The translations under genes and the position numbers were made by a program. This document shows, in pieces, positions 25,428 to 40,615 of a stretch of 64,000 nt of DNA (position 1 is the first letter of the stretch; each line of letters begins with the position of its first letter). This DNA comes from Eledone cirrhosa (Eukaryota). The stretch is from NCBI GenBank assembly GCA_964016885.1, contig OZ024746.1:66960001-67024000 (forward strand). Reading direction: 5' to 3'. The notes beneath the pieces are model-generated. The model searched no databases. It was not told where the DNA came from and saw only the letters and a list, made by a program, of their open reading frames with translations.

Positions 25428-25637
25428 AGAAAAAAGATGAAATCGAAAATGCAACTGGGGTCTTATTTTTTTTTAAATATATATATTTATTTGGTAAAGG
25501 AACCAAATAAATATATATATTTTTTTTAATACAAGACTCCAGTTACATTTTCGATTTCATCTTTTTTTCTTTATACTTTCACTCGTGTAGGACACGTCGG
25601 TTATTTTTCATTTTGTAAAAAAACCTCCCTTTCTAAT
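25422..25637. repeat. Fold-back palindrome (about 75 bp arms) with a one-sided tail, in (TA)n
   Basis: gatgaaatcgaaaatg..tatttatttggt-aaagga-accaaataaata..cattttcgatttcatc. Confidence 0.85.
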
Positions 25638-25763
25638 ATATATATATACATATATGTGTGTGTGCGTGTGTGTGAGAGAGAGAGAGAAATATTTGATTTG
25701 GCCTATGATATTTTCATGTATTTATATTTTGTTTTCTATTAACTCATTAAGCTGAAAGACTAA

Positions 25764-25915
<152 letters not shown>

Positions 25916-26767
25916 TGTCTGTGTTTGTGTGTATGTGTGCATGTGTGTTTGTGCATAGCAATTGTTTAATGAAGCTTAGTCAAGATATAAATAAACCATC
26001 AGTATATTGTCAATATGAAATCAGTGATATTTCAAATCCATAGCACCAAATAATGTAATATATATATGGGACACTGCACTTCATAGAATCAACGAATTCC
26101 GTGCATTGAACTGAAAACCTTTAAGTATCAGCAATCCATTAATTTATTCATTTTTAAATTTTAAACAAAATTGTATAATGGACACACGAGAACATAAATA
26201 AATTACACACACAGCGACACACACTTAAACCCACACACACACAGACACAAACACACATAAATATATATATATATATGTGTGTGTGTGTATATGTATATAT
26301 GTATACGATAATCATTATATACGTATATATATGTATATACGTATATAATGCTTATTGTATACATATATATACATATATACATACGAAACTCAAATACATA
26401 TTTGTATACAACTTTGTTCGAAGCTAAATTATAATTCTATTCTATTATCAGGTGAGCCAACATATACAGCTTCATTTGCAAATGAGATTAAGCACCTCAT
26501 TTACACAGACGACGAAAATACTTTATATTTTCGCCTGTTTTTCAAAGTGCAGCAGTTGCAAGAGTGTAGATGAGTTCGAAATGCATCGACGATTGTCCGC
26601 CTTGCTTCTGCTGTACACCTCTAGAGGGCGTTGGCTGCCAGTGTTTTTCAGATCTATGGGTTCGTAAATGTTTATTTATATACATCCCGTATTTCTTTAG
26701 AAATACTAAACTCAAATACATATTTTTATGCTGCTATATTCGAAGCTAAATTCTAATATATATATAC

Positions 26768-26926
<159 letters not shown>

Positions 26927-27671
26927 CATACAAACATACTTACATATACTATGTGTGTATGTATGTATGGATGGGTGTGTATGTGTGCGTGTATGTAAAC
27001 ATGTATTTATTTAGGTAATCTGTTGGCATCATTTACTCATTTGATCTTTCAAGATTCACCGTGTGAAAAAGGTTATGCAAGGTCTTTGTCTACCGAACAA
27101 AAGCACATTGCTCCAGCTTGTAAGACGTCGGGAAACCAAGGCCTGGAGTTAAACCACTGTGCCAATAAATACCACGTCGTTGATTCGGACGTAGATTTTG
27201 TGCAGGCTCTTTACACGAGCTGATGCAAGCTTCACCTGTCGCTTGCCTGTGCCACAGAGGAATGGAAGTTTAGGTAGTCCAGATATTGAATGTGCTCATA
27301 GGATGGAGCACTCTGGAACAAAAGTTAAACACATTCGCAGACATATTTCACTCAATCTGCAAAGGTACCTATAGAGTAAGGAAACCCATAACAAAAACAC
27401 CACCTCGGAAATCCAAACGCCACTTGAGAGACATCGAGTTTGTATTTTAACCCACATCCAATTCAAATAACGCTGAGCGACTCGTATGTTGTAGTGTTGG
27501 CGGAGGGAACACTGTGTAAGAAGTTAAAGGCCGAAATTGTGACTTGAGGGAGGGGGGGGTATGTTCTCTAAAGACATTCTGCTGTCCATCTGACCTGAGA
27601 GTTTCTTATCACTAATTATATACACACACACTCACATACACACATACACACACACACACATACACACAAAT

Positions 27672-27767
<96 letters not shown>

Positions 27768-27769
<2 letters not shown>

Positions 27770-27955
27770 TCATTTTATTGAGGTTAATAGTGATTCTCAT
27801 TACTCTGCAGTTTCGTCTGTTTATCCTGATGACCCTGTGATAAACAGACGAAACTCCAGAGTGATAAGTCTCACTATTTAGCGTTAATAGAGTGAATATA
27901 AAACTTCTACTTCGATATTGAGAACTCCATTCTCTCAGCTATCAACCACATACGG
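27768..27955. repeat. Fold-back insert with hammerhead core motifs at the apex, in (TA)n
   Basis: gtttcgtctgtttatc-CTGATGAccctgt-gataaacagacGAAACTCCAGAGT, with arms about 58 bp. Confidence 0.75.
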
Positions 27956-27984
27956 ATATATATATATATATATATACATATATT

Positions 27985-28089
27985 ATTGCTCTGGTCTCTT
28001 TTTAGTCCATGGAACGACTGCCAGCATAACTCGCATATTGCGTTTCGCTTTGTTTTCGACCACCTCCGGAATTCGATCTCGCTGAAATT
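27985..28089 (+). repeat. Tail family D ending in (TA)n
   Basis: Similar to 30533-30635 (attgctctggtct..ccatgg..tgccagcat.actcg..cgctgaa.tt, then TA). Confidence 0.75.
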
Positions 28090-28101
28090 ATATATATATA
28101 T

Positions 28102-28160
<59 letters not shown>

Positions 28161-28625
28161 TAGTTGTATGCATTCCTGTATGCGTATGTTTGTAGCTTGT
28201 GTGATCATGAAATGTCATGGAATGTATATATATATCAGTATTTAGAAAAAAATATACAACCAAGACGTACAAAGTCAATGCATATCTATATATATCTATA
28301 TATATCTATATATATATTGAAAGAATATTCACAATCTCTAACTGGATTACCTATAACGATATTTTGTTATCCCTTATATATATATATATATATCGTATTA
28401 GCACGCATGGACTAAATTATTAGAGTGCGAAATAATTTAGAGTTGATTTCATTGATTTGTATCTGTGGAAACATTCAGAACTGGAGCGTGTTTTTATCGA
28501 ATATCTATTTGTGTCTATATAAATATACGAACACTGCGCACAAAACACATGGACACACAAACACACACATACACATATAAACCCACGCATGCACACATAC
28601 ACACACACACGCACACACACACACG

Positions 28626-28671
<46 letters not shown>

Positions 28672-28735
28672 AATATGAGCACTGCGCACAAAACATATGG
28701 ACACACACACACACACATGCAGATACAAACACACG

Positions 28736-28763
<28 letters not shown>

Positions 28764-28766
<3 letters not shown>

Positions 28767-28963
28767 TGTTATACTTTGGGAGGGTCATGCTGCCAATAAA
28801 AACATACGCATCTTCTGTTTTCACTTTAATTTATTCTAACTTTTCTGATGGTCAGTTGAATAACCGGATCTTTTGTTTATTTGTTGCCAAAGTTTATTCG
28901 TCATGCATAATGTCACCTCCCGAGTGATTAATTTATTTTTGCCTCTCCTTTGTTCTTTCCTAC
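28764..28963. repeat. Dispersed repeat, unclassified
   Basis: Alignable with 33431-33639 (tattgttata.tttggga..gtcatgctgc.aataaaaaca ... gcctctcctttgttct.tcctaca). Confidence 0.75.
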
Positions 28964-29167
28964 ACCAGCTGCATTAAGCTGAATGAAGCTGAACTAATTG
29001 CAAGAATTGCTAGAGCTGGTCCAATTATGTTCCAGCTAGAAGACGCTGGGTTTGAAACCGAGCAAGATGGCTAGAAAACATATTATGAACTTGGACGATT
29101 TCGCTTATGGATTCAACCAGATCAGTTGGAGACGTCTGCTTCAGGACTCTTTCATGAATAAGTGGGC

Positions 29168-29229
29168 GAAGAAGAAGAAGAAGAAGAAGAAGAAGAAGAA
29201 GAAGAAGAAGAAGAAGAAGAAGAAGAAGA
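29168..29229. repeat. (GAA)n microsatellite
   Basis: Direct inspection. Confidence 0.95.
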
Positions 29230-29942
29230 TTAATTGATTTTCTAACTAATTACTTATATTATTATAATGATTCTCTTTTTGTAACTATGTAATTTTATAA
29301 TTTATTATTGTTTTCATGTTATCTATTTACTTTTTATAATTATCTATCATTGATTTTCTTTCTTTTACAATCTTTGTAATCACTATAGTCTTTATAAGTA
29401 TTTATACTACACATATTTATACCCTTTACGAGATTCACAGTCACACTACTCTGGTTTTCATCTAGTAACCAGCACTGCTTACACAGCCTGCATTGCGTCT
29501 CCTGTCCTTGTTAAAGATTTCAAATAAATGGATGTGAGTGGTTTATAAATAAATGGATTTGAGTGGGTTCATAAATAAATGGATTCGATGGGGTTTATAG
29601 ACAGGGATGTGTCACTGTCAAGCAACCCCTGTCCATGGTCGCGCCTACAAACCCACAATGCATAGCAGTGTCGTGTTTGGGCATAAGAAGGTGTCTATCA
29701 CAGTGACAACATCACTGCGCTAACCACCTCCGTATCAATTCTTTGCTTATATTTTACCAAGAATGATTGCAGGCAGATATAGTCCTGTAACTCCTGATGG
29801 AATCGTAGGCTCACTGAAGTGGCATAGGGCATTTTTAGGGCATGCTATACCTGACGAAGCCCATCAGTCTCCCATCAGCAAATTTCTTCCAGAAACGGAT
29901 AAAAAGTGACTGAGAGGATGTGAAGATGAGGTATAGAGGAAG

Positions 29943-30088
29943 GGTCGACCCCAGTACTAGAATTATACTTTTTTATCGACCTCAAATGGATGAAATGCAA
30001 AGTTTACCTCGTCAAGATTTGAACTCAGAATGGTGAAACGAATATTACAAAGCATTCGATCCGACGTTCAAACGAATATGCCAATTCG
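29943..30088 (-). mobile_element. Old SINE family 1 copy
   Basis: ttttatcgacc..ggatgaaatgcaaagtttacctcg..gatttgaactcagaa. Confidence 0.7.
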
Positions 30089-30631
30089 TCTTTGAGGAAA
30101 GATTAATAAATCGTTTTAATCTTGTATGTTAATTACTCCTGATAGCATCGCCGATTGTCTTGTGATACGATCTGATGACGTAAGACGGCCAAATATATCG
30201 GTATTGTGTATTTATGCCATATTATAGGAATATATTGGAACTTGGCCTTCTTATTTCATATATATATAATAGCGCAGAACAAAATACCCGTTGATAACGT
30301 GATATTCCTCGTTCGATCATTATACCAAAAGCTTATTGTTTTAAGCAGACAGTATTATTGATTTAGGTGTCGCAGAAACCCTGTATTGGATTTTACCATC
30401 AATTCCAGGGGTCCGGGTGATTATGTCACTTATTTTGTCTGACCCGTTTAGCTTGACTCGTTTTTTGGGCTTAGGTGGTTAATGGCTTCTTGATCGCCTT
30501 CTCAGTTCGTATGGCCTTTATAACGTATGTGTATTGCTCTGGTCTATTTAGCCCATGGCGAGTTGCCAGCATGACTCGGAATTTGCGTTGCATTTCGCTT
30601 TTCCTACCCGCCGAAATGCGATTCACGCTGA

Positions 30632-30847
<216 letters not shown>

Positions 30848-31126
30848 AGCATGATCGTTAAATTACTGTTCGAACACTCACTACTGTCTATTACGTGGAT
30901 CAAGCCACCAATTTACGAGTCTGTTTAGTATGGACATGGTTACTTGTAGCAGTAATACACAGGGTGTTAATAATAAGCAGGTGAGAACGAATTTACTCAC
31001 TACTATTACACCAGATTATTACTTCAGAGGATCATTGATTCCAGAGTCAGACCCACTCGTGATTGATCGTATCTTGAGATAATCGACTGCGAAACGCTCG
31101 TCACTCATGAAACACACACACACACA

Positions 31127-31216
<90 letters not shown>

Positions 31217-31217
<1 letters not shown>

Positions 31218-31529
31218 AAGAGGAAAATGCGAAGTTGAAGATGTTAGAGTCCTTTATTAATTGACCTATTATACAATCAAAAACACTCCATTTTTGAGCC
31301 CGATCCCTTCCACCTAAAATTCCCTCGGAAATGTTACCTTTTAATCAATTTTTTTCTGCCTGAAGAATTTATGGTACCTATCGTCATTGAAATATGTATA
31401 ACGGCTCAATTAATAAAGGACGCTAACACTTTCAACTTTTCCTCTTTACTAATATACTCCGTCATTCTTGTTTTTAGGAAGTAGTATGATGTTGAGCGCT
31501 GGAAGTGAATTGCATCCTTGCATTCTGAA
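31217..31529 (+). mobile_element. PLE-like tail family E with degenerate HHR (31356-31404) and inverted 5' arm, in (TA)n
   Basis: CTGAAGA..GAAATATGTATA. 31217-31264 is an inverted copy of about 31406-31447. Homologous to 36110-36232. Confidence 0.7.
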
Positions 31530-31550
31530 TATATATATATATATATATAT

Positions 31551-31731
31551 ATAGGAACAAGTAAGACCCCGGCGGCTGAGCTCAAGCCGTTTCGACGAGA
31601 ATTAGCCGTCGAAACGGCTTGAGCTCAGCCGTCGGGGTCTTACTTGTTCCTATTACCCACTTTACTACCCTAAGTATTGAGTACTTTGGTGCGTTATGGT
31701 CCACCTGGTTCCTTACCACATTTCCTTCGTT
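31551..31731 (+). mobile_element. Family B fold-back insert
   Basis: 47 bp arms around the loop agaattagc. The right arm has GAAACGGCTTGAGCTCAGCCGTC. The tail ends cttcgtta then (TA)n. Confidence 0.88.
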
Positions 31732-31756
31732 ATATATATATATATATATATATACA

Positions 31757-31794
<38 letters not shown>

Positions 31795-31843
31795 CACACA
31801 CATATATATATATATACACATACACATATATATATATACACAT

Positions 31844-31888
<45 letters not shown>

Positions 31889-31952
31889 CACACACATATA
31901 TATATATATACACATACACATATATTTATATATATATATATATATATATATG

Positions 31953-32099
31953 AAAATGTTTAACCTGAAATATCCGTGAAACGGCTTGAGCTCTGTTGTC
32001 GGTGTTAAACATTTTCCTATTACCCACTCTACTACCCTTAGTATTGAGTACTCTGGTGCATTATGGTCCATCTGGTTCCTTACCACACATCCTTCGTTA
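31953..32099 (+). mobile_element. Family B insert with a short inverted 5' arm
   Basis: aaaatgtttaac pairs with gttaaacatttt. Contains GAAACGGCTTGAGCTCTGTTGTC and the same tail end. Confidence 0.85.
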
Positions 32100-32473
32100 T
32101 ATATATATATATATATACATATTGTTTTTCATTGATTATTTTATTTTTATATGTTTGTTGTGAGCAAGATTTCTTAGTCATATACTATCAATATAGTATA
32201 TAGTAATTAAAATCTGTAGAAATCCTTTATCATTCGGCTTCATTCAATTTTCTTCCGTTGCGTAAAATTGCATTATTTACGATGCGGGGAGAAAATAATC
32301 TTGAAGAAATTCTGTTCTCGACTAAATCTCTATCAGGTATCAGTGAATACAAGCATTAACCTCGTTTAATTGCAACTTTAATTAGAATTCACTCAAACAA
32401 CAAAATATCCTCAATACATCTGCAAGCGAGAGTTGTCTTTCTTAATCTTTCTTTCTCACTTTCTCTGTGTCCC

Positions 32474-32542
<69 letters not shown>

Positions 32543-33430
32543 GGTATATACATATGTGTGTGTGTATAAATATATATCTATATACAAATGTGTGTGTTTT
32601 GTATGTTTGTGTGTGTTTGTGTGTGTGTGAGTGAGTCTTTAATGGGATTGACAGAAGTGAATGAGATATTTTGCTAAGTAGCTTTACCTATTACCGGAAG
32701 AACAATGATTATTTTATTCAAACATGTCTATGAGCTTAGAAATTAAAACATATACTAAATAAGTCATCGCCGTAAATTTAATTTTCCTTCACAGATTTAT
32801 ACCATAGATAAGGTGATATAATAAATTCTATTTTTTCTGTTAATTAACACTATTGATGCTAGTGTCATGTAATTAACTGTCCAATTCTAAAACGTGCTAA
32901 AGTCTGTTTTCAATTCTAGAGAATTTCTCATTTTCATTTTGTTTTCATAAAATAATCCATTTATACTTTTCATAAACTGTGGAGAATGGAAGATATATTG
33001 CACGCAGTTTCCCTTAGTTGCTTTATGATTTGAGAATAAGATGAAATATTTTCACCGATATTGTGAATGTTTCAAGATATTCGTTATACGAATTATTATT
33101 AAAATAACTGGAGAAAATGTCTGTAAGGTATTTTTAAACGGAGATACATGTAGGAACTCAACAAATAAATTGTCATTAATGATAAGAATGAGTTGTACTG
33201 ATATGATTTAAAATGCCCATCGCCGGTACATCGTAGTTAGATATAGTATTTGGATAAAGTATGAATAATGTGTACATTATATCATTTGAATTCGATAAAA
33301 AAAAATTCTGAATTCCAATAAACTTTTATTTCATATGCCAACTATGGTCTTATATATATATATATATATATACTTCGTTTTTGTATTTGTTTTGCAAGGT
33401 GTCTCATCTCAGAACGTGTGTTGAAACAGA

Positions 33431-33639
33431 TATTGTTATAATTTGGGAAAGTCATGCTGCTAATAAAAACACACGCACCTACTGGTTTTCAGTTCATTTT
33501 ATTGTAAACTTCCAGTTGGTTAATTTAAAATCTGGATGGTTTTTCATTTGCTTATTGTCAAAGCTTTTTCGTCAAACATTTTGTGATCTTCTCGGTGATT
33601 AATTTCTTATTTTGTGCCTCTCCTTTGTTCTCTCCTACA
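33431..33639. repeat. Dispersed repeat, paralog of 28764-28963
   Basis: Visual alignment. Confidence 0.75.
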
Positions 33640-34945
33640 AAATATTGAACGGAAGATTGGAGAGGAGAGAATGGAAGAATGAAAGTCTAAATCTTGGGAT
33701 GAGAAATGAGATGGTTATACAGAAAGAGAAAAGAGCATAGCAGAGAAGAGAAAAGCGTGAATAAGAACGAGGGGACTTTTTTTTTGTTGAGAATTACGAA
33801 AGGTAAAGAATAATAGAGAAAGGATGAATAATATAAACTCAAGAGAAATACAGAACTATATCATCCTGACAACCTCATCAGCTTCCTTTTAGATCCACAT
33901 GTTTGACAAGTCGGTATATCAAATGTGTGAGCTCAATGTGTCTATATAATAAGTAATTAAAAGAGCCAATATAGTCGAGGCATATTCCACAGTCAGGTCC
34001 AATAAAACCAATTTGTGTAACTTCACAGAACATTAGTAATTTAAATAATATTAAACCAAAGATATATAGTTGCAACGATATAAAAGTCAAGTAAATCATC
34101 AGATATATAGATTATAAATGTATATAACACACCATGCCGATTATAATATGTAAGAAAATATAAGTTAAGACATATCGCATATAAAAGAGATATTTAATGT
34201 TACAGACTTCAAAGAATTAATATGTATACACACGATACACCGTTCAAAATAAGTAAGACGAAACTATCTTGTCTTAAGATATGTTTAAATTTACATAGCC
34301 GAGAAGAAGAGTAGGCGTAATTCGATGATTTTCAGTATATATATATCATTATTGTACGTCCACTTTTCCATGCTTGCATAGGTTGGTCGGGTCATTTTTA
34401 GCCCAACTGCTGGCTATGTAATTGTATAACTGCCAATTATAAATTGCTCCGACTCTTAAGTGTTCAATCCCCAACGAAGAAGAAGAATTGGAGAGAACGT
34501 AGTTTATATGTAGATGCAGAGATCGCCCGTTCATTCTCTGAGTCATTCGGCTTTGCTAGGCTCTCCCTTGCTTGCCTTTGCGCCGACCCTCCCTTCTCGC
34601 CAAATGTTCGTTCTGGGCGTCGTTCTGCTGCATTTGACCAAGGAAGTTGACTTACGGGTAAAGATGATTTATTTGAAACCCAATACGTTTGCACTAGCTG
34701 GTTTGTATCAATCACAGGATTCGCATTGATGATATATGAAAATGATGTGTGTGCCAAAATAAAATATATTGTAATGCAAATATTATTCATTTATATTGTT
34801 TGTAAGAATTTAAAAAAATTGCTAACCTTTGGTGTGCTGGTTCGTAAAAAAGCTTTTTATGAAGGTTATACGTTTATTGTTGGGGAAAAGGTTTATCAGG
34901 AAATCTCTCCATACCGAATTTATACTTTTTATATTTACTATACAC

Positions 34946-35004
<59 letters not shown>

Positions 35005-35029
35005 ACACAGACACACACAGACACACACA

Positions 35030-35068
<39 letters not shown>

Positions 35069-35083
35069 ACACAGACACACACA

Positions 35084-35128
<45 letters not shown>

Positions 35129-35133
35129 ACACA

Positions 35134-35226
<93 letters not shown>

Positions 35227-36109
35227 TTGTCTGCAATTACGAAGTGATCTGACTGCCCAACTACGCATCCATGTTTACGGCGAGTTCCTAACATATATGT
35301 TTCTGAAAAGATGTCACTGAATTTTGTTACTTCTGCATAGAAATTCTTGGAGATTCTACCATAATATAGTGTTAACTAACATTTACATTCCAAGTAATGT
35401 TTCTAACAATATATATATCAAAATGTTTATATAAGAATTCGACAAAATAGTAATAATTCTGTTTTTACATAATAATCAAATTTTTGTATTTTAACAAAAT
35501 TCACTGAGAATTTAACAATGGATATCACTGTCACAATATTTATCCTTAAAAGTATATGAAAACCACATCAATAACTACACTGGACCACCAGTATAATAAC
35601 TAACACTCACCACATTGGTACAAGTGTAGTCTGAGGATTATAATGTCAATATGAACTTCGTTACACAATCATAAAATCAGATTTAATGGCATTTTATTCA
35701 CACCTAATACATATTATCTATCCTTGAATCGAAAAATACTATATTCGAAATATATATATTTATGTATTTATATTGCTTTAGCTTAGCTAGCATTCAAAAT
35801 CCTGTTAATCTACATTTGAAATCATCAGATCACTTTGAAAAACTATTTCAAACAAAGCTACATGAAAGTGGGAAATGTCGGTAAAAGTATATGGTTTCTA
35901 TGACAGCTGTAAGATTACTCGTCATCTAGCTTTGGAAATAGACAAAATCTTAACCTATGACATCAACGATTATTCTAATGTAATATATATTTACGAAAAA
36001 CACATAAAAGCGAAATATATATATACGATATTTATACTTACGTAAACATTGATGCAATTTAAGGTACTCTACGTACCTTTTCCACAGGAATCACGGAGTA
36101 TATTTAAAA

Positions 36110-36232
36110 TAAGAAAATGCGAAGTAGTTTCAGAATCTAAAGTCCGTTATTGATAAGGCCGTGATACGTATTTTAATGACGACAGTGGTCACGCGATTCC
36201 GCGTACCCAGTGCTATGATCTCATCAGATAGC
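36110..36232 (-). ncRNA. Family E tail with degenerate hammerhead
   Basis: Minus strand reads GCTAT-CTGATGA-...cgtcatt-AAAATACGTATC-ACGGC. Stem III is the palindrome ATACGTAT, and GAAA is mutated to AAAA. Confidence 0.55.
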
Positions 36233-36785
36233 TTCTTATATAATAAGGTTGCGTTCTCGAGACTATCCAAGTAAAAACGACAAGAGAACGGGAAAAAAAT
36301 GATGTTCTTCTAGCCTTCACCCGTTCCCCTGTCAGCCCCAAGTCTCCTCCACGGCTTTGCGCAGGCGCAAATGTGAAGGAAGTTGACCATCTAACTACCA
36401 TCCAAAATACTACGAAACTAGCCCAGGCAAGCACACCCCGCCTACCGATCTCCCTCATCCCGCGCCGGTGAGGTGACACGGTCACATGGTATACACCAGC
36501 CACTCAGTTATAGTTTACTATCAGTCTAGCAGCAGCCATCCAAAACTTTGCGGTAGTGGAAGAGTATAAGCTTTAATGGGTTTTAATACTACCCCTAATT
36601 TATACTTGGACAATCGAATTGACCATCACCCGCGAAAAGAATATGAACTTAATTTGGATAATGAAAATTTGGATGCTGAAAAATCTGTCTGAAACAATAT
36701 AATTTCTATAGTTTCCATTAGAATTATATGTTGTACAACATTTATATATGGTGATTTCAGGCGCCTTTCTGTGACTGTAATTTAA

Positions 36786-37158
36786 GTGTTTCTACGTTTG
36801 GCACAAGGCCAGCGTTTATCCCAGTGCATTACTGGTACTTTATTTTATCGACCCTGTAAGGATGAAAGACAAAGTTAACATAGGTGGGATTTGAACTCAG
36901 ATTGTAAAGGCCCGTAACTCCATACTGCAAAGCATGGCGTCTGACCCTCTAACGATACTGCCAAATACTATAATGGCAGAATGTCAGCAATTGAGAAGTC
37001 GGTTGGTGCTTTATTTTATTGAACCTGTTAGGGTGAAAAGCAGTTTGACATCGGCAGGATTTTAATTTGGAATCTAAAGACCGAGAAATAATACTAATAA
37101 TACTATTGAGCATTTAAGCATTTGCTCGACATTCTAATGATGCTGCTAATCCACTGCC
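36786..37158 (-). mobile_element. SINE family 1 (36786-36964) plus an older copy (about 37003-37158)
   Basis: Consensus match. Confidence 0.8.
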
Positions 37159-37632
37159 CTATAAATGTACTATATTAATAACCTCACTGTTGTGATAAAT
37201 CGATATGATGCTGTTAGAATATCCAGTTAAAGAAAAAAAACATAACATAAAGAGTACTACAAAATACGTGCAGAGAAAACATTAATGTTATTCTATCAAC
37301 TAACGATCTTCTTTTTCTTTTTCTTTTTTTTTTCATTTCACGTTTGAACTAGTTTAATATATCTCTTACATGTACAAGTATCTATATTTTCCGGTGTAAT
37401 AAATGAAGCCATGGCGTGATTTACTCATATAGAGTAACTTCACATTTACACTATATAATGATAAAAATATATTTCCTGGCTTAACAACTCATTCGACTTT
37501 ACAGGCTGGAATTATACCCCATTGCTCGACACCTGAAATCATGAATGTTCATTATCTACGATTAAATATATAGGTATGTGTGACATTGTCAATATATTCA
37601 GTCAGGTAATTGTTCCACACACAGTCACTCAG

Positions 37633-37690
<58 letters not shown>

Positions 37691-38138
37691 CTATTAGCAG
37701 CTGTGCATTATGGTTTATGTGGAAGGAGATACGCACAGAAAGTAATGCATATTTATAATATATTCTCTAGTCTATAAACTACTTAATGTTATTCGAAAAA
37801 ACTATTCCTAAGTCCTTTTTGGTAAGAGTTATAAGTTTTCATCCCATCAGTGCAATGCATTAGTGAAAGTCTGTAGCACAAGATCGAAATAAACAGAAAA
37901 TAACGAGTGCTATTGTAAAACACAAAGAATAGATGTATGAATATTACTGCCAAACCATATGTCATGAATATTTATTAGCCGAATATGAATCATCCTCAAC
38001 GACAAACAGAAAATATATTGTTTTCATCAAGTGAAAATGTTTATCATGAACACTTTATACTACCAAGAGATATTACACATAAAGGGGAATAATATATTTC
38101 TAATGTCAGTAACACGAACAAGCAAGGACAAGTAAATA

Positions 38139-38325
38139 ATAATTGTTTCTACTTTGGGCACAAGGCCAGCAATTATCCCAGTGCATTACTGGTACTTTAT
38201 TTTATCGACCCCGTAAGGATGAAAAGCCAAGTTAACCTCGGCAGGATTTGAACTCAGATCAGAAAGGGGCGTAACTCTGTGCTGCAAAGCATGTTGTCCG
38301 ACTCTCTACCGATACTGCCAAACCA
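38139..38325 (-). mobile_element. SINE family 1
   Basis: Consensus match. Confidence 0.88.
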
Positions 38326-38873
38326 CAAATGATATATGGGGTGAATATGATACTGGAACTGTAATGCATATCATATTGGAAGATCTGTGCATCATTGTCA
38401 TAGTCCAGTTTTGGAAACGATTTCAAAACAATATTGTGAAAGAAACATTTCGACATAGCATCTAAAATTGTAGCAATAGACGTTGACTCGACTAATATCA
38501 TGAACCATCTAAATGATATATTATGTTTCAAGAAAACTTATTTAGCACTCCGTCGTACTTCTTATCTGATATACGATGTTCACAGTGATATTTTTCTTGT
38601 GATGTTTGACCTTGTGTCACATTGAGATATCTTCATTGACACCATTTCAAAAACCCAAGTAAAAGGATAAAGTTTGATTGTACATTAATTGCTGGATGGT
38701 TTCCAGCATAAATGTATTTCTCCTTGTTCGGATATCGTTTGAAATTGCTCTCTAAAATCTATGTCAGTTTGTTTGTGATCGGCTTAAATTTCGAGAAAAT
38801 TCATACACACATATACATGCACATACAAACACGCACGCATACATGTATGTAAACATATATATACATACACATA

Positions 38874-39098
38874 TAACGAAGAAGGTGTGGTTAGATACCA
38901 GGTGTACCATAACGCACCCGATTACTCGATACTTAAGGTAGTAGAGTGCGTAATAGGAAAAGAGTCAGGACTCCGACGGCTGAGCTCCGGCCGTTTCGAC
39001 AGCTAGATCCGAACGAAACCAGCAGGGCTGCTGGCATTGTTCGGATGTAGCTGTCGAAACGGCCGGAGCTCAGCCGTCTGAGTCCTGACTCTTTTCCT
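38874..39098. mobile_element. Family B fold-back insert
   Basis: About 60 bp near-perfect arms (aggaaaagagtcaggactc..gatccgaac and gttcggat..gagtcctgactcttttcct). Contains GAAACGGCCGGAGCTCAGCCGTC. Confidence 0.88.
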
Positions 39099-40136
39099 AC
39101 ATACACATATGCATATATGCATACGTACATAAATACTGGTGTTAAATTGGCAATAACATTGAATAATACTAAAATCCGTTTTGTATAAATCGGAATAGTG
39201 TCGCAGGAAATGAGGTAGATGTCGTAATCGGTGGTATCTCTGTAGGCCCAAAATACAAAATGTCTCGCGTTATAAGAAGTTGTCAGCACCATAATATTAC
39301 ATTTTATATATAATGTAGTTGCTACATTATACAATATAATTTCCATGACAGATATACTTCAGCCTCGAAATATAGGCTGTTGGAAGAATTTTGAGTGCAT
39401 ACTCATCCAGAATATTCTACAATACACCGGTGGAATGTTATTATCAAAACCTTTAGGGAATATAAACACAAAGATCTTATATAATGATCTGCGAGTAAAA
39501 GGAAATTGTGCACAACAATAGAAATTAATTGTCTAGCAGATGTTAACATGACATAACGTTAAATTTGAAGTAAAATTAATATACGGTATGCAAATTTATT
39601 AAATATTTGACTAATACTACATTCCAACTAAAAAAAAGGATATTTATAAATCTGCAAGTGTCAGAGCACTTCACAAATTCAACAACGTTGAGGTAATTGT
39701 AAATAGACAGTTACAAGCCATTACGTTTAACAATAAATCATTTCATGAATGCCGCCTCTTGTATTTACATATGTGTAGGACCTGGTTACACGGTTATGAC
39801 GAAGAGTAATCCAACTACTCTAACAACAAATTCATCTGCTCAAGAAATTTACGTTCAAGTAACACAGAGTTCCAGAGACAGGCAGTATATTTAGAAGAAA
39901 CTCCCAGAGAAGTTCCACATGGCAATACTCACCAAACATGCTTGGTAGAGTTGGTGGTTCAGTCGCCAACGACCCGCCCATGCAACCAATATGTTGTAGT
40001 GGGTTACATGCTACCATTAGCACTCGGTAATTACCTGACAATAGAAGACGCAATCGATATGTATAATTCGCATGTCAATTATTTACAGGATTCATAGTAT
40101 ATATATATATATACACACACTGACTCTTTTCGTATG

Positions 40137-40268
<132 letters not shown>

Positions 40269-40615
40269 TAAAATCCTTTAAAAATACCACGTGTCATATA
40301 CACATATACGTAAACTTTTGCTTAAACCATTGAATCTATAAACAATAATTCTATCCTTCAGCCCCAGATTATAGAATTTGTACAAATCAGTGAATAGAAT
40401 ATTTGATTCTATTTATCAATACAAGTATGTAAATATAAACAGAATTTGCGGGTGTCGTATACTGTTATAAATCGAATGACTTGCTTCCCAACACTTAACG
40501 TATTGTAAAATCGTTGAGTGAAGATGTGATGATTACTAGAAATTGCTTTCATCATCATTGGATAAACCAGCACTGTTGTTATCTACAATCTGTATGACAG
40601 ATTATGAACTTACTT

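Noticed and set aside
29850-29905. CTGACGA...GAAAC hammerhead candidate
   Set aside because: Stems I-III do not pair.
38340-39440. Possible decayed LINE RT on the minus strand, interrupted by family B (similar hint at 61600-62000)
   Set aside because: Too degenerate to assign from motifs by eye.
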